DNA of 64,000 nucleotides from Geopsychrobacteraceae bacterium (GCA_963676795.2 CAXXTB010000001.1:736001-800000); one strand, 5' to 3'. Positions 1 through 10,554 are shown, numbered from the stretch's first letter. Notes: generated by a model not told the origin, from the sequence alone. Numbers and translations are program-made.

Positions 1-1229
1 CGTTCAAGTCGGGCGGTTATCCGACCGGGGCGAACAGCTTTACCGGCGAATATATCGGTTACCAGCTCGGCCTGCCGATCGTCGGCAAGGAGTTCGACGA
101 TTTCCATCAGACCGTTTCCCATGCTGCGGGCAATGCTTTCTACAACAACTCCTGGACCTATCTGGAGAATATCTGGCTCTGCGGTGGCGACATCGATATG
201 AAAAACTACAAGCCCTACGCGGATGTCAAGGCCAAGGTCATGGTCTTGAGCCGGGTTCACTCAGCGCTTAAAGGGATGGCTCCGGATGATGGTTCGCATT
301 TCGAGGATCTTGCCAAGGCGTCCAAGGGGCGTCGGGGTGGTTCTCTGTCGAGCAACCCGCTTGACCCACGAGAAGGGAAAAAGAATGACTCGATGCAAAA
401 GGGCGATGTCTGGGGCGCTGCGGTCGGCATGTGTTCGCACCTGAGCTCGGGTGTTTTCTGTGGCCTGGATGATATCAATGGCCAAACCGCCCTGCCGGGT
501 CTTTATGTCGCTGGTGACGGAACCAACGGTTGCGTGGTTACCGGTGCGGCCTATCCGAACGGTGTCGGTTTTACCTCCAACTTTATCTCCTGTCAGGGCT
601 GGCGTGTCGGTGAGGCTGCTGCGAAGTACGCCAGGGGGGGCGGTTCGGCCAGGATTCCGTTGGCAAAAATCGCCAGTGTCACCACGGAGATTGAAGCACC
701 ACGCGGACTGACCAAGGGGCTCGACCCGAACTGGGCGCGCGATGTCCTGCACGGCATCATGGCTCCCTACTGGGTGCATATCGCCAAGTCGGAAAAGACC
801 CTGCAGGGCACCCTGGCTCAGGTCGAATACATGCGCGACGAGGTGGTCCCGCAGCTCATGGCGGTCAGCTCGCACGATCTGCGTCTCTGTCATGAGATGA
901 AGAGCAAGATCTTAAGTGCCGAGATGAAGCTGCGTGCCGGGATCGAACGGAAAGAGAGTCGCGGATTCCATTTCCGGACTGACTATCCCTACCGTGACGA
1001 CAAGAACTTCCTCTGTTATATCGCCGCCACAAAAGGCAAAAACGGCATGAAGGTTTCCAAGGTCCAGATCAAGGATGAATGGAAAGGCGACACTGGTCTT
1101 GCTCATGCTGATCGTTACGGCTGGCGATTCCCGGGTGAAACTGAGGCCCTGGGGCTGCCACCGGAAAAGAAACGGGACGGGGGGCCTGGAGGGAAGCCTG
1201 GTGGAAAACCCGGAGAGAATCACGGCTAA
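1..1229 (+). CDS. FAD-dependent oxidoreductase, SdhA/FrdA/AprA-like flavoprotein (5' end outside window)
   Basis: Frame is open from the window edge (FKSGGYPTGANSF...). Motifs T.LPGLYVAGD and ERKESRGFHFRTDYP are typical of the Sdh/Frd/Apr flavoprotein C-terminal domain. Confidence 0.85.
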   Translation, partial: FKSGGYPTGANSFTGEYIGYQLGLPIVGKEFDDFHQTVSHAAGNAFYNNSWTYLENIWLCGGDIDMKNYKPYADVKAKVMVLSRVHSALKGMAPDDGSHFEDLAKASKGRRGGSLSSNPLDPREGKKNDSMQKGDVWGAAVGMCSHLSSGVFCGLDDINGQTALPGLYVAGDGTNGCVVTGAAYPNGVGFTSNFISCQGWRVGEAAAKYARGGGSARIPLAKIASVTTEIEAPRGLTKGLDPNWARDVLHGIMAPYWVHIAKSEKTLQGTLAQVEYMRDEVVPQLMAVSSHDLRLCHEMKSKILSAEMKLRAGIERKESRGFHFRTDYPYRDDKNFLCYIAATKGKNGMKVSKVQIKDEWKGDTGLAHADRYGWRFPGETEALGLPPEKKRDGGPGGKPGGKPGENHG

Positions 1230-1260
1230 TCTTGTCTGTATATGACCAAGGGGAAAGATT

Positions 1261-1539
1261 ATGAGTGTTGCACGCTATGATTTAAATGCCTGTATCGGCT
1301 GTATGACCTGTAACGAAATCTGTCCGATGGACGTCCTCCGCTTTGATGGTAAGGAAGAAAAATCGGTCATCGCCTACGCGGAAAACTGTCAGAGCTGCGG
1401 CCAGTGTTTTGTCAACTGTCCCGGCCGCTCACTGATGATTGTCAATGATATGTACAGTTACGCCCTGACTGCACACCGGGCGCCGGTCACTGCTTACAAT
1501 GCGGGCCACAATGCACCGACAAAACAGTCGCCTGAATAA
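1261..1539 (+). CDS. 2x[4Fe-4S] ferredoxin (AprB-like small subunit)
   Basis: CIGCMTCNEICP and CQSCGQCFVNCP motifs; directly downstream of the flavoprotein. Confidence 0.9.
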   Translation: MSVARYDLNACIGCMTCNEICPMDVLRFDGKEEKSVIAYAENCQSCGQCFVNCPGRSLMIVNDMYSYALTAHRAPVTAYNAGHNAPTKQSPE

Positions 1540-1548
1540 GGAGCCTTT

Positions 1549-1728
1549 ATGTTTGGACTTGGTACGACAGAACTGATGATTATCGCCTTAATCGTGATGG
1601 TCATCTTCGGCGCCGGCAAGCTGCCGCAGATCGGCAGTTCTCTGGGCGCCGGGATCCGCAATTTCCGAAAGGGGGTGAGCGAAGAGGCAGAGTCTGATGC
1701 CGCTAAGGAGCCGGAGATTGTCAGTTAA
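1549..1728 (+). CDS. tatA: Twin-arginine translocase subunit TatA/E (59 aa, not in ORF track)
   Basis: Hand translation MFGLGTTELMIIALIVMVIFGAGKLPQIGSSLGAGIRNFRKG...; AAGGAG RBS upstream. Confidence 0.92.
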   Translation: MFGLGTTELMIIALIVMVIFGAGKLPQIGSSLGAGIRNFRKGVSEEAESDAAKEPEIVS

Positions 1729-1744
1729 CAAGCTCAGGCTTCAC

Positions 1745-1790
1745 AATAAAAAGAAGGCCGGAAACTCAATGTTCCGGCCTTCTTTTTATT
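1745..1790. terminator. Bidirectional intrinsic terminator
   Basis: aataaaaagaaggccggaa-loop-ttccggccttctttttatt between convergent tatA and tal. Confidence 0.85.
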
Positions 1791-1832
1791 GCTTTAGCAC
1801 GCCAATTCAAGTCTGTTAGGCATTGGCTCATT

Positions 1833-1933
1833 TTCCTTCTCCCCAAGGGAGAAGGTGCCCCGAAGGGGTGGCTGAGGGGGGCTTTTCGGGCGAGTCTCCC
1901 CTCATCCTAACCCTCTCCCTCAGGGAGAGGGGA
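1833..1933. repeat. Inverted pair of REP-like palindromes
   Basis: ccttctccccaagggagaagg...gctgagggg and cccctcatcctaaccctctccctcagggagagggga are related hairpins in opposite orientation. Confidence 0.65.
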
Positions 1934-1980
1934 TGATTTCTCTTTTTACAGTGCTGAATGGTTCAGTCAGCGGACAGGTT

Positions 1981-2622
1981 CTACTTGGTTTTTTCCCAGT
2001 CAGCGAGAAATTTGGCGATACCGACATCGGTCAGCGGGTGCTTGGCCAGCTGGGTGATGACGCTGTAGGGGATGGTGCAGATATCGGCACCTATCAGCCC
2101 GGCGTTGAGAACGTGCATCGGCGAGCGGACCGAAGCGACGATGATTTCAGTCGCGTAGCCGTAGTTTTCGTAGATGGTCCGGATCTGCTCAACCCCTTCC
2201 AACCCTTCGTGGCCGACATCGTCGAGGCGGCCGACAAAGGGAGAAACATAGGTCGCTCCGGCTTTGGCGGCAAGCAGTGCCTGGAGAGGAGAGAAGATCA
2301 GGGTCACGTTGGTGCTGATCCCTTCGGCTGAAAACTGCTTGGTGGCTTTGAGCCCCTCGGTGGTCATCGGTACCTTGATGACGATGTTTTCATGGATCTT
2401 GACCAGTTCACGTCCTTCGGCCAGCATTCCTGCGGCGTCGAGGGCAATGACCTCGGCCGAGATCGGTCCGTCGACGATCTGGGTGATCTCGGTGATGACC
2501 TCCTTGAAGTCGCGGCCGCTCTTGGCGATCAGAGAAGGGTTGGTGGTGACGCCGTCAACCAGGCCCAGCTCATGGGCGGCGCGGATTTCCTGAACTTCTG
2601 CGGTATCGATAAAAAACTTCAT
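1981..2622 (-). CDS. tal: Transaldolase / fructose-6-phosphate aldolase family
   Basis: [39 protein letters not shown]. Confidence 0.93.
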   Translation of the reverse strand: MKFFIDTAEVQEIRAAHELGLVDGVTTNPSLIAKSGRDFKEVITEITQIVDGPISAEVIALDAAGMLAEGRELVKIHENIVIKVPMTTEGLKATKQFSAEGISTNVTLIFSPLQALLAAKAGATYVSPFVGRLDDVGHEGLEGVEQIRTIYENYGYATEIIVASVRSPMHVLNAGLIGADICTIPYSVITQLAKHPLTDVGIAKFLADWEKTK

Positions 2623-2653
2623 GCTCAGCTCCTCGGGGATCCCGAATTGGGTG

Positions 2654-2899
2654 TTAGTGGGTTTCCTTGTATTTATTCAGACATTCCTGCGAACAGAAAT
2701 AGTGTTCTTCGCCCCTGATTGTGGTTCGGTGGGCATCGCTGATCGGCAGGTAGGTTCCGCACTGCGGGTCCTTGACCATGGTTTCGCCGTCGGCGCTGCG
2801 ATTTTTTGGAGGCCTTCTTGCTGCTGGACCGCGCAGCATGCTGGCGATCAGTGAGTAGACGACAAAGCAGATCAACACAAGTAGCAGTAATTTAATCAT
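2654..2899 (-). CDS. Small membrane-anchored YHS/TRASH-domain protein
   Basis: N-terminal TM helix; DPQCGTY...HYFCSQEC metal-binding motif. Confidence 0.8.
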   Translation of the reverse strand: MIKLLLLVLICFVVYSLIASMLRGPAARRPPKNRSADGETMVKDPQCGTYLPISDAHRTTIRGEEHYFCSQECLNKYKETH

Positions 2900-2903
2900 C
2901 AGT

Positions 2904-3416
2904 TTACCAAGTCTTTTCCATGAGAACGATACCCGCTTCTTCTGCCAGTTCGGCCTGCAGGTCGGCTATCGAACGATTGAGAACCGGATGAACAAAATCA
3001 GGGCACAGGTCAGTCAGAGGCATGAGCACGAACTGACGCTGGTGGAGCAGCGGGTGCGGAATGGTCAGCTCGGGTGTGGTCATGATCCGGTCGGCGTAGA
3101 GCAACAGGTCGATATCGAGGGTACGCGGCCCCCAGACAACCTGGCGCGTCCGGCCGGCGGCATTTTCAAGCTCCTGGCAGGTCTTCAGCAACTCGCCCGG
3201 AGACAGGAAGGTCTCCAGTTCCAGGGCCGCATTCAGATAATCCGGCTGATCCGCCGGGCCGCCCACAGCTGGTGTGCGATACAGCGCTGAACTGCGGACC
3301 TGGACAATCTGCGGATGCTCTTCCAGGCTCTGCCGGCACTGGCGGAACAGGCTCAGCGGGTGCCCCAGATTGCCTCCGAGGCCGAGAAATGCTCGACACT
3401 TTTTCGTCTCTGTCAT
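2904..3416 (-). CDS. folK: 2-amino-4-hydroxy-6-hydroxymethyldihydropteridine pyrophosphokinase
   Basis: LGLGGNLG, QPDYLNA, WGPRTLDIDLL, LTIPHP; start moved to ATG 3416. Confidence 0.93.
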   Translation of the reverse strand: MTETKKCRAFLGLGGNLGHPLSLFRQCRQSLEEHPQIVQVRSSALYRTPAVGGPADQPDYLNAALELETFLSPGELLKTCQELENAAGRTRQVVWGPRTLDIDLLLYADRIMTTPELTIPHPLLHQRQFVLMPLTDLCPDFVHPVLNRSIADLQAELAEEAGIVLMEKTW

Positions 3417-3565
3417 AACCTGCGAATTAAAGCACAAGCCGACGGACAAAATCAATTTACCATTTGACCTGAATGAGGTGGCTGGACGGTGAAACTGCTG
3501 TGCTGGATTGTCATGCAGCCATATCTGTCGAGCCACTTACCGATTCGGGATGACAGGAAGATATC

Positions 3566-3964
3566 ATGCGCCTCAACCTGACCCTGGGTGCCCACGATCT
3601 GGAGCAGACCCTGCTGTTTTATCGAGAGATTCTGAATCTTAGTCCTGTTCGTCATCAGGAGGGGACTGGCTTGGAATTTATGCTTGTTGATTTCGCTAAT
3701 CTGCGGGTTGTTTTTGTGCCTCTGGAACAGCTTCAGCAGCAGCATCCGGCACTCTTGCAGAACTTTGACCGCCACCACCTGGGAAGCGGTGTCCAGCTGG
3801 AAATGAACTGCCCCGATCTCGTCCCGGTGATGCAGGCCCTGGGGCGTTATGACTGGCCGGTTGTTTATGAGCTGGAAGATGACGAGCATCGGCGCCGGGA
3901 ATTGTGGATCAACGATCCGGATGGATATCTGATTGTACTCAATGAAGAACCGGGAGAGTTGTGA
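3566..3964 (+). CDS. VOC/glyoxalase family protein
   Basis: DLEQTLLFYREIL and RELWINDPDGYLIVL motifs. Confidence 0.8.
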   Translation: MRLNLTLGAHDLEQTLLFYREILNLSPVRHQEGTGLEFMLVDFANLRVVFVPLEQLQQQHPALLQNFDRHHLGSGVQLEMNCPDLVPVMQALGRYDWPVVYELEDDEHRRRELWINDPDGYLIVLNEEPGEL

Positions 3965-3994
3965 TGGCTCTCCCGTTCATGGTCTGTTCTGGAT

Positions 3995-5278
3995 TTAGGC
4001 ATAGCCGCCCGGCTGGCCGAGCATGCCGCGGGTGACCAGGACGATCCCCTTATCGGTGATACGGAAGCCGTTGGCCTTGTCCTCCTCCGGATCGTAGCCG
4101 ATGCGCATCCCTTCAGGGATCTCACAGCCCCGGTCGATAATCGCGTTTCTGATCTGGCAGTTCCTGTGGGTGACGACTTCCGGCAGGATGACACACTCGT
4201 CGATTTCGGAGTAGGAGTGGACCCGGACATTGTTGAACAGCACGGTCTTGTTCAGTTTGGAACCGGAGATGATACAGCCTCCGGAGATGCTGGAGTCGGT
4301 CATCATACCGCGGCGGTTCTCATCGTTGAAGACGAACTTGGCCGGCGGCAACTGGGCCTGATAGGTCCAGATCGGCCAGCCCGGGTTGTAGAGGTTCAGC
4401 TCCGGGGCCGGAGCGATCAGTTCCATATTGGCTTCCCAGAACGAATCAAGGGTTCCAACATCGCGCCAGTAGGCGCGTCCTCCGGTTTCCGGATCGCGGA
4501 ACGGGAAGGCAAAGACCTCATGCTTGTCGATGATGCCGGGAATGATGTTTTTGCCGAAATCGTGCTCAGAACTGGGATTGACGCCGTCTGACATCAGTAG
4601 GTCAAAAAGAAATTCGGTGTTGAAGATGTAATTGCCCATCGACGCCAGGCACATGCCCGGTTTGCCGGGGACCTCGGCCGGGTTGGCCGGTTTTTCGGCA
4701 AAGCTGGTGATCCGGTTGTGCTCATCTACACCCATGACGCCGAAGGCTCCGGCGGCTTCCTCAACCGGAACCTCCAGGCAGGAAACCGTCATGTCGGCCC
4801 CCTGTTCGATGTGGGCGAGCAGCATCGAACGGTAATCCATCTGATAGATATGGTCTCCCGAGAGGATCAGTACGTATTTCGGCTTTTCGGCACGGATGAT
4901 ATCGAGGTTCTGATAAACCGCATCCGCCGTTCCCAGATACCAGTCTTCTGAGAAGCGTTGTGACGCCGGCAGGATTTCGACAAATTCTCCCAGTTCCTTT
5001 TTGAAATGACTCCAGCCGCGCACCAGGTGACGGATCAGCGAATGGGATTTGTACTGAGTCAGAACACCGATACGCCTGATTCCCGAATTGATGCAGTTGG
5101 AGAGGGGAAAGTCGATGATCCGGTACTTGCCGCCAAAGTAGACGGCCGGTTTGGCCCGCCATTCGGTCAGTTCATAGAGGCGGGAGCCGCGCCCCCCGGC
5201 CAGAACCAGAGCAAAGGTGTCTTTGACCAGGTGACTGACATAACGATAGACGATGTGGCGTTCGGGTATATTTCCCAT
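3995..5278 (-). CDS. glgC: Glucose-1-phosphate adenylyltransferase
   Basis: [42 protein letters not shown]. Confidence 0.96.
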   Translation of the reverse strand: MGNIPERHIVYRYVSHLVKDTFALVLAGGRGSRLYELTEWRAKPAVYFGGKYRIIDFPLSNCINSGIRRIGVLTQYKSHSLIRHLVRGWSHFKKELGEFVEILPASQRFSEDWYLGTADAVYQNLDIIRAEKPKYVLILSGDHIYQMDYRSMLLAHIEQGADMTVSCLEVPVEEAAGAFGVMGVDEHNRITSFAEKPANPAEVPGKPGMCLASMGNYIFNTEFLFDLLMSDGVNPSSEHDFGKNIIPGIIDKHEVFAFPFRDPETGGRAYWRDVGTLDSFWEANMELIAPAPELNLYNPGWPIWTYQAQLPPAKFVFNDENRRGMMTDSSISGGCIISGSKLNKTVLFNNVRVHSYSEIDECVILPEVVTHRNCQIRNAIIDRGCEIPEGMRIGYDPEEDKANGFRITDKGIVLVTRGMLGQPGGYA

Positions 5279-5399
5279 TTCAGTTCTCCAGAATCATTCG
5301 CAGTAGAAGCATATATGACAGGTAAGACATTTCTTCAAAGAATAGCTGATGATGGTGAGGTTACAACAGGGGGTGCCGAAAAAATACGGAGTAAAATCC

Positions 5400-6311
5400 T
5401 CAGTTTCTATCCGTTGCCGTGCGACTTTGGCGATTTGTCAGGTAGATACCGACGAGAACCAGCAGTAGCCCGCTGGCCAGGGAGCCGGTCAGGGGCTCAT
5501 CGAGGATCAGCCAGGCCAGAACGACACCGCTGGCCGGAACCAGGTTGATAAACTGCCCGGCACGGATCGGTCCGATGCGCTGAATCCCCTGATAGTACCA
5601 GATAAAGGCTACGACAGTGCCAAACAGCCCGAGAAAGGCCAGCCAGCCCCAGGCCGACAGCGGATATTCCGGCAGTCCGCTCAGCAGCCGCTGACTGAGT
5701 GCCGCGGGAAACAGCATTGCCGTGCCTGCCAGTGAAGAGTAGGTGACCGCAAGCAACGGGCTGAGGCCGCGCAGGGTAATCCGGCCGATCAGGGAATAGG
5801 CCACCCAGCTGGCGACACAGCCGAAAATCAGCAGTTCGCCGCGGCCGATGCCGTGGGTCACCAGCTCAACCGGGTTGCCTTGGGTGATGACCAGGATCGC
5901 TCCGCATACGGAAATGGCAATCCCCGAAGCCTTGACCGCCGTCAGTTTTTCTCCGAGCAGGATGGTTGCAAAGATTGCAATCATAACCGGGTTGTTGGCG
6001 ATGATGACCGCCGCCCGTCCTGCTTCGATCAGCTCCAGTCCTTTGAAAAAGCAGATATTGTAGCTGGTGATGCCGGTCAGCCCGAGCAGCAGGATCGGCA
6101 GGATCTGATTGCCTTTCAGGCGCGGCAGGTGGCGATGCTGCGCCAGGGTGAGGATGAGCAGGGCTGCCGAGGCGATGAGAAAGCGTAAAAACGCGGCGCA
6201 GAGCGGCGGCAGTTCTCCGGCCAGAGAGCGGCCGGCAATGAAGGTGCCGCCCCAGAAGATGGCCATCAGGGTCAGTTTGATATAGGTGAGGAGCAGTGAC
6301 GAGGTCGGCAT
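5400..6311 (-). CDS. EamA/DMT family transporter
   Basis: About 10 TM helices; FWGGTFIAGR...LRF repeat pattern. Confidence 0.88.
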   Translation of the reverse strand: MPTSSLLLTYIKLTLMAIFWGGTFIAGRSLAGELPPLCAAFLRFLIASAALLILTLAQHRHLPRLKGNQILPILLLGLTGITSYNICFFKGLELIEAGRAAVIIANNPVMIAIFATILLGEKLTAVKASGIAISVCGAILVITQGNPVELVTHGIGRGELLIFGCVASWVAYSLIGRITLRGLSPLLAVTYSSLAGTAMLFPAALSQRLLSGLPEYPLSAWGWLAFLGLFGTVVAFIWYYQGIQRIGPIRAGQFINLVPASGVVLAWLILDEPLTGSLASGLLLVLVGIYLTNRQSRTATDRN

Positions 6312-6312
6312 G

Positions 6313-7104
6313 TCAGTAACTGTTGGGAATGGTGATTTTCCCCTCGGCATATTTACAGGCATATCCTGAAATCCTCACTCTGGGGCCGACCAGTCGGCAC
6401 TGGAGCTCTCCACCGCGTGCTGAAATCTGGCTGACGTTGAAATTGCAGCGTCCGGTTTCCGACGCCCAGTAGGGGACCAGCTGGGTGTAGATGGAGCCGG
6501 TAACGGGGTCCTCCGGAATACCGATCCCCGGGGCAAAGAAGCGGGTGACAAAGTCGGCTTGTTCGCCGGGCGCTGCGATGGCGACGCCGCGCTGGTCAAG
6601 TTTTTTTAGGAGTACAAGGTCCGGAGCTGCCCCGGCAACCTGTGCCTCGCTGGTGAAAATGACCAGCAGATCCTCTGCGGCCAGACAGCAGCGGGGTTGC
6701 TCGGAGAAGGCCTCAACAATGATTTGAGGCGTCGGGCAGGGGATCGGCAGCTGAGCGGGAAAATCGAGGGTGTAGAGGTTATCGTCGCGATAGACGCTCA
6801 GCGGCCCTGACAGAGAGGCGAAGTTGAAGCAGGTCGCCGTTTCGTCGAGAATTTCGGCCAGGACGAAGGCCGTGGCCAGGGTGGCATGACCACAGAGTCT
6901 GACTTCCGCCGTCGGGGTAAACCAGCGTATATGGTAGCCTTTGCCGGTCGAAACAAAGAAAGCGGTCTCCGACAGGTTGTTCTCCGCTGCGATGGCCTGC
7001 ATCAGCTGGTCGGGCAGCCACATTTTAAGCGGGCAGACTGCGGCCGGGTTGCCGTTGAACGGTCGTCTGGCAAAGGCGTCAATCTGATAAAGAGACAGCT
7101 CCAT
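6313..7104 (-). CDS. PhzF family isomerase/epimerase
   Basis: FNGNPAAV, ENNLSETAF, EVRLCGHATLA, EDPVTGS. Confidence 0.92.
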   Translation of the reverse strand: MELSLYQIDAFARRPFNGNPAAVCPLKMWLPDQLMQAIAAENNLSETAFFVSTGKGYHIRWFTPTAEVRLCGHATLATAFVLAEILDETATCFNFASLSGPLSVYRDDNLYTLDFPAQLPIPCPTPQIIVEAFSEQPRCCLAAEDLLVIFTSEAQVAGAAPDLVLLKKLDQRGVAIAAPGEQADFVTRFFAPGIGIPEDPVTGSIYTQLVPYWASETGRCNFNVSQISARGGELQCRLVGPRVRISGYACKYAEGKITIPNSY

Positions 7105-7183
7105 AACCTCCCCTTTTTATGTGAAAACCTATTTTATCAGAACGGCGGATTTATTCCTCTGATTAATTATGCTTGTTTTCTTC

Positions 7184-7540
7184 TCAGGCTCCGGGCAGGC
7201 GCCCGCGAAAGAGGAAAAATACCGCGCCCAGCAGACAGAGTCCGGCCCAGAGGTAATCAAGGGTCGGTTTCTCTTTCAGATAATACACCGAGAACGGGAC
7301 GAAGATGGCCAGGGTGATCACCTCCTGAATGATCTTGAGCTGGCCGACCGGCAGCAGCTGATGGCCGATGCGGTTGGCCGGAACCTGGAGCAGGTATTCG
7401 AGCAGAGCGATCCCCCAGCTGGCCAGTGCGGCAATAATCCAGGGGCGGTCGGCCATATTGCGCAGGTGGCCGTACCAGGCAAAGGTCATGAAAACGTTGC
7501 TGCAGCAGAGCAGGAAGATGGTCAGGGAGAGTCGGGACAT
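7184..7540 (-). CDS. DMT family small membrane protein (DUF486-like)
   Basis: SNVFMTFAWYGHL, EYLLQVPANRIG, QLKIIQEVITL. Confidence 0.88.
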   Translation of the reverse strand: MSRLSLTIFLLCCSNVFMTFAWYGHLRNMADRPWIIAALASWGIALLEYLLQVPANRIGHQLLPVGQLKIIQEVITLAIFVPFSVYYLKEKPTLDYLWAGLCLLGAVFFLFRGRLPGA

Positions 7541-7689
7541 AACTACCTCGGAACAGGTCAGAAGAGTGATCTCTAAAGAGCTGGTGCGGATTATAGTCCG
7601 GATCCGTGGTAAGGCAAGAGGATTTGGGGGGATCAGCTCATCAGACCCGAGGAAAACCAGGGCCTGATGAGTTGATAGATATGCGCGGC

Positions 7690-8556
7690 CTATGCCTGGT
7701 GAGCCGGCTGCTTGGCTTTGGCCCAGTATTCGTGAATCAGCAGCGAGAGGAGCAGGACGATGCCTCCGCCGATAAGGCGGGGAATGTTGGCGTCACGGTT
7801 CCAGATCACCATGTTGACGATCAGTCCGGCCGGAATCAGGGCGTTGTTCATGATCGCCAGGGTTCCCGCATCGACCCTGGTCGCACCCTTGTTCCAGAGG
7901 AAATAGCCGAGCCCTGAAGCGATGAGCCCCAGGTAGACGAGGATGCCCCATTGGCTTCCCGTGGTCGGCAGCTTGGCGGCGTTACCGAAGATGAACCAGG
8001 TGATGACGGTAACGATCAGGGCGCCGAGGTAGAAATAGCCGAAGATAGCGCGCTGCGGCCGATCGATCCGGTGGCGCTCAAGCAGGACCTTGTAGCCGAC
8101 CTGCCCCAGGGCGAAACAGATGTTAGCGGCCTGGACGACGAAAAAACCGGTGAAGACCTGACTGCCGATGTTGCTGTAGCGGATAATGGCGGCGCCGATG
8201 ACCGCCAGGATAGCCGTTACCAGGTAGCGGGAGCTGAAACGCCCCTGCATCAGATCAAAGATCAGCGTGACGTAAACGGGGGTCAGAATGGTAAATATCA
8301 GAACCTCCGGGACGCTCAGCAGCAGGAACGACTGGTAATAGAAGACGTACATCAGGCCGAGCTGAACTGCCCCGAGGGCCATCAGTTTGGCCGCCAGCTT
8401 GAGCGGGATCGGGCGGATAAAGGGGAGAAACACCAGCGCCGCCAGTAGAACCCGGGTGAGGACAGAAAAATAGGCATCGACCTGGCCGGCCAGGTAAACG
8501 CCGATCAGGCTGAAGGAGAATGCCCAAAGACAGGTAATTGAGATCAGATAGCCCAT
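7690..8556 (-). CDS. EamA-family carboxylate/amino acid/amine transporter (YigM-like)
   Basis: LWAFSFSLIGVYLAGQVD N-terminus; GLGYFLWNKGA. Confidence 0.82.
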   Translation of the reverse strand: MGYLISITCLWAFSFSLIGVYLAGQVDAYFSVLTRVLLAALVFLPFIRPIPLKLAAKLMALGAVQLGLMYVFYYQSFLLLSVPEVLIFTILTPVYVTLIFDLMQGRFSSRYLVTAILAVIGAAIIRYSNIGSQVFTGFFVVQAANICFALGQVGYKVLLERHRIDRPQRAIFGYFYLGALIVTVITWFIFGNAAKLPTTGSQWGILVYLGLIASGLGYFLWNKGATRVDAGTLAIMNNALIPAGLIVNMVIWNRDANIPRLIGGGIVLLLSLLIHEYWAKAKQPAHQA

Positions 8557-8659
8557 TGTAAACCTCTTTTAAAGTTCGGTTAACGAGATATTAGCCATGG
8601 TCTGTCTGGTTAGTCAACCGCGAAATTGATTATGGTTTACCAGGGGGCAATCTCACATC

Positions 8660-9946
8660 TCAGCCGTAAATCAGGCGTGGCAAGAACAGGACCAGATCCG
8701 GCCAGTAGGTCAGGACCAGCAGGACCGCAATCTGGATGGCCAGAAACGGCAGGACGGCCTTTGACACATAGACCAGGTCGCGGTTGACGACTGCACCGCT
8801 GATATAGAGGCTGACCCCGAGCGGCGGCGTACAGTACCCGATCCCCAGGTTGATGGTCATCAGCAGGCAGAAGTGCATGCTGTCGATGCCGAACTTGCTG
8901 AGCAGGGGCAGGAAAATCGGGGTCAGAATCAGGGTTGCCGAGATAATATCCATGAACATGCCGATGACCAGCAGCAGGATATTGACCGCCAGCAGGAAGA
9001 TCCAGGGGGAGGAAATACTGCTGACCACGGCCGTGGCGATCTTGTTGGGAATCTGCTCAAAGGTCAGGTACTCGCCGAACACCGAGGCGCCGGCGACGAT
9101 GACCAGCAGCGTTGAGGAGGTCACGGCCGATGAGACGATGACCTTCTTGATATCCCTGAACTTCATGTCGCGGTGGATGCAGGTTTCAACAAAGAAGGCG
9201 TAGAAACAGGCGACTACGGCGGCCTCGTTGGCGGTGAACAGGCCGGAATAGATGCCGCCGAAAATCAGTACCGGCAGGCACAGGGCCCAGATGCTTTCAC
9301 GGATGACCGCAAGCGCTTCCCTGAGAGTCGGTCTGCTGCCGGTCTTCAGCCCCTGTTTCTTGCAGACAAAGTAGGCGTAGAGGCTCATGGCCAGCATGAT
9401 CAGCAGCCCCGGGATAAAGCCGGTCAGAAACAGCGCTTCGAGCTGATCGTTGCTGACCATGGCATAGAGGATCATGGCGATCGACGGCGGAATGACGACA
9501 CCGAGTATCGGCGCGGTGGTCATCACTCCGACTGAAAACCGCTCGTTGTAGCCGTTCTGGATCAGGGCCGGAATCATGAAGCCGCCGATGGCGACCACGG
9601 TCGCCACCGTTGAGCCGGAGATGGCGCCAAAGAAACCGCAGGCCAGAATGCCGGCCATAGCCAGCCCGCCGGGGAGGAATCCGACCAGGACATTGGCCGT
9701 TTTGATCAGTTTTTCGACGATACTGCCGGTGGTCATGATATTGCCACAGAGGACAAAGAAGAGCACCACGATCAGGGCGAACTTGTCCATGCTGCGGTAG
9801 AGCACCTCGGTGACGATCATCGGATCGATACCGAGCAGAAAGATCAGGCCGAAAGCACCGGTGAAGAACAGGGCCATGAAGACCGGGATGGTACTGGCCA
9901 GGCCGCCGATCAGCAGGGCGAGAATCAACAGGTAGCTGGTTTCCAT
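8660..9946 (-). CDS. dctM: TRAP transporter large permease
   Basis: FGAISGSTVAT, VIPPSIAMILY, TANEAA, TPPLG. Confidence 0.92.
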   Translation of the reverse strand: METSYLLILALLIGGLASTIPVFMALFFTGAFGLIFLLGIDPMIVTEVLYRSMDKFALIVVLFFVLCGNIMTTGSIVEKLIKTANVLVGFLPGGLAMAGILACGFFGAISGSTVATVVAIGGFMIPALIQNGYNERFSVGVMTTAPILGVVIPPSIAMILYAMVSNDQLEALFLTGFIPGLLIMLAMSLYAYFVCKKQGLKTGSRPTLREALAVIRESIWALCLPVLIFGGIYSGLFTANEAAVVACFYAFFVETCIHRDMKFRDIKKVIVSSAVTSSTLLVIVAGASVFGEYLTFEQIPNKIATAVVSSISSPWIFLLAVNILLLVIGMFMDIISATLILTPIFLPLLSKFGIDSMHFCLLMTINLGIGYCTPPLGVSLYISGAVVNRDLVYVSKAVLPFLAIQIAVLLVLTYWPDLVLFLPRLIYG

Positions 9947-9948
9947 GG

Positions 9949-10458
9949 CTATTTCTCTCCGGTGATCTCAGGCTGGCCGCGCCAGTCTTCAACCATGATG
10001 ATCAGCGTGCGCAGGAACATCATCAGGCCCATCAGCGGCAGGATGGCGTAAAAGTACCACTCGGGGATTTCCAGCGTCGCGGTCCGGGCGTATTCGTCCT
10101 GGTACATCATGACCGTCATTCCCCAGCCCAGTTTGATCATCAGCAGGGAGAAAAACAGCACAGCCATGTGGGAGAACAGGGTCAGGGGCTTCCTGAGGAC
10201 CGGAAACAGCTGGGGCAGCGCGTCGATGCGGACCAGAGAACGACTGCGGATAGCGGCAATACAGCCGAAATAGGTCGAAAAGAAGATCACCTTGCGGACG
10301 ATTTCATCCGACCAGTAAAGGCTGATATCGCTGGTGAGCTTTCTCAGGACGACGTTGGCCATCGCCGTGATCAGGGCGATACTGACCGTCAGAAACAGGG
10401 ACCATTCCTCAACGAAGAGAAACAGCCGGTCGATGGCTTTGAACAGTTTTTTCAGCAT
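9949..10458 (-). CDS. dctQ: TRAP transporter small permease
   Basis: 4 TM helices, NVVLR...WSDEIVR; lies between dctP and dctM. Confidence 0.88.
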   Translation of the reverse strand: MLKKLFKAIDRLFLFVEEWSLFLTVSIALITAMANVVLRKLTSDISLYWSDEIVRKVIFFSTYFGCIAAIRSRSLVRIDALPQLFPVLRKPLTLFSHMAVLFFSLLMIKLGWGMTVMMYQDEYARTATLEIPEWYFYAILPLMGLMMFLRTLIIMVEDWRGQPEITGEK

Positions 10459-10554
10459 AAATTCTCTGTCTGGTCAGTTCGCTGTCGTGGCGTAGAAAAT
10501 CAGGGCCGGGAGCTGGTCCCGGCCCACAGAGGCGTCGTCGTCAGGAACGCGCTT

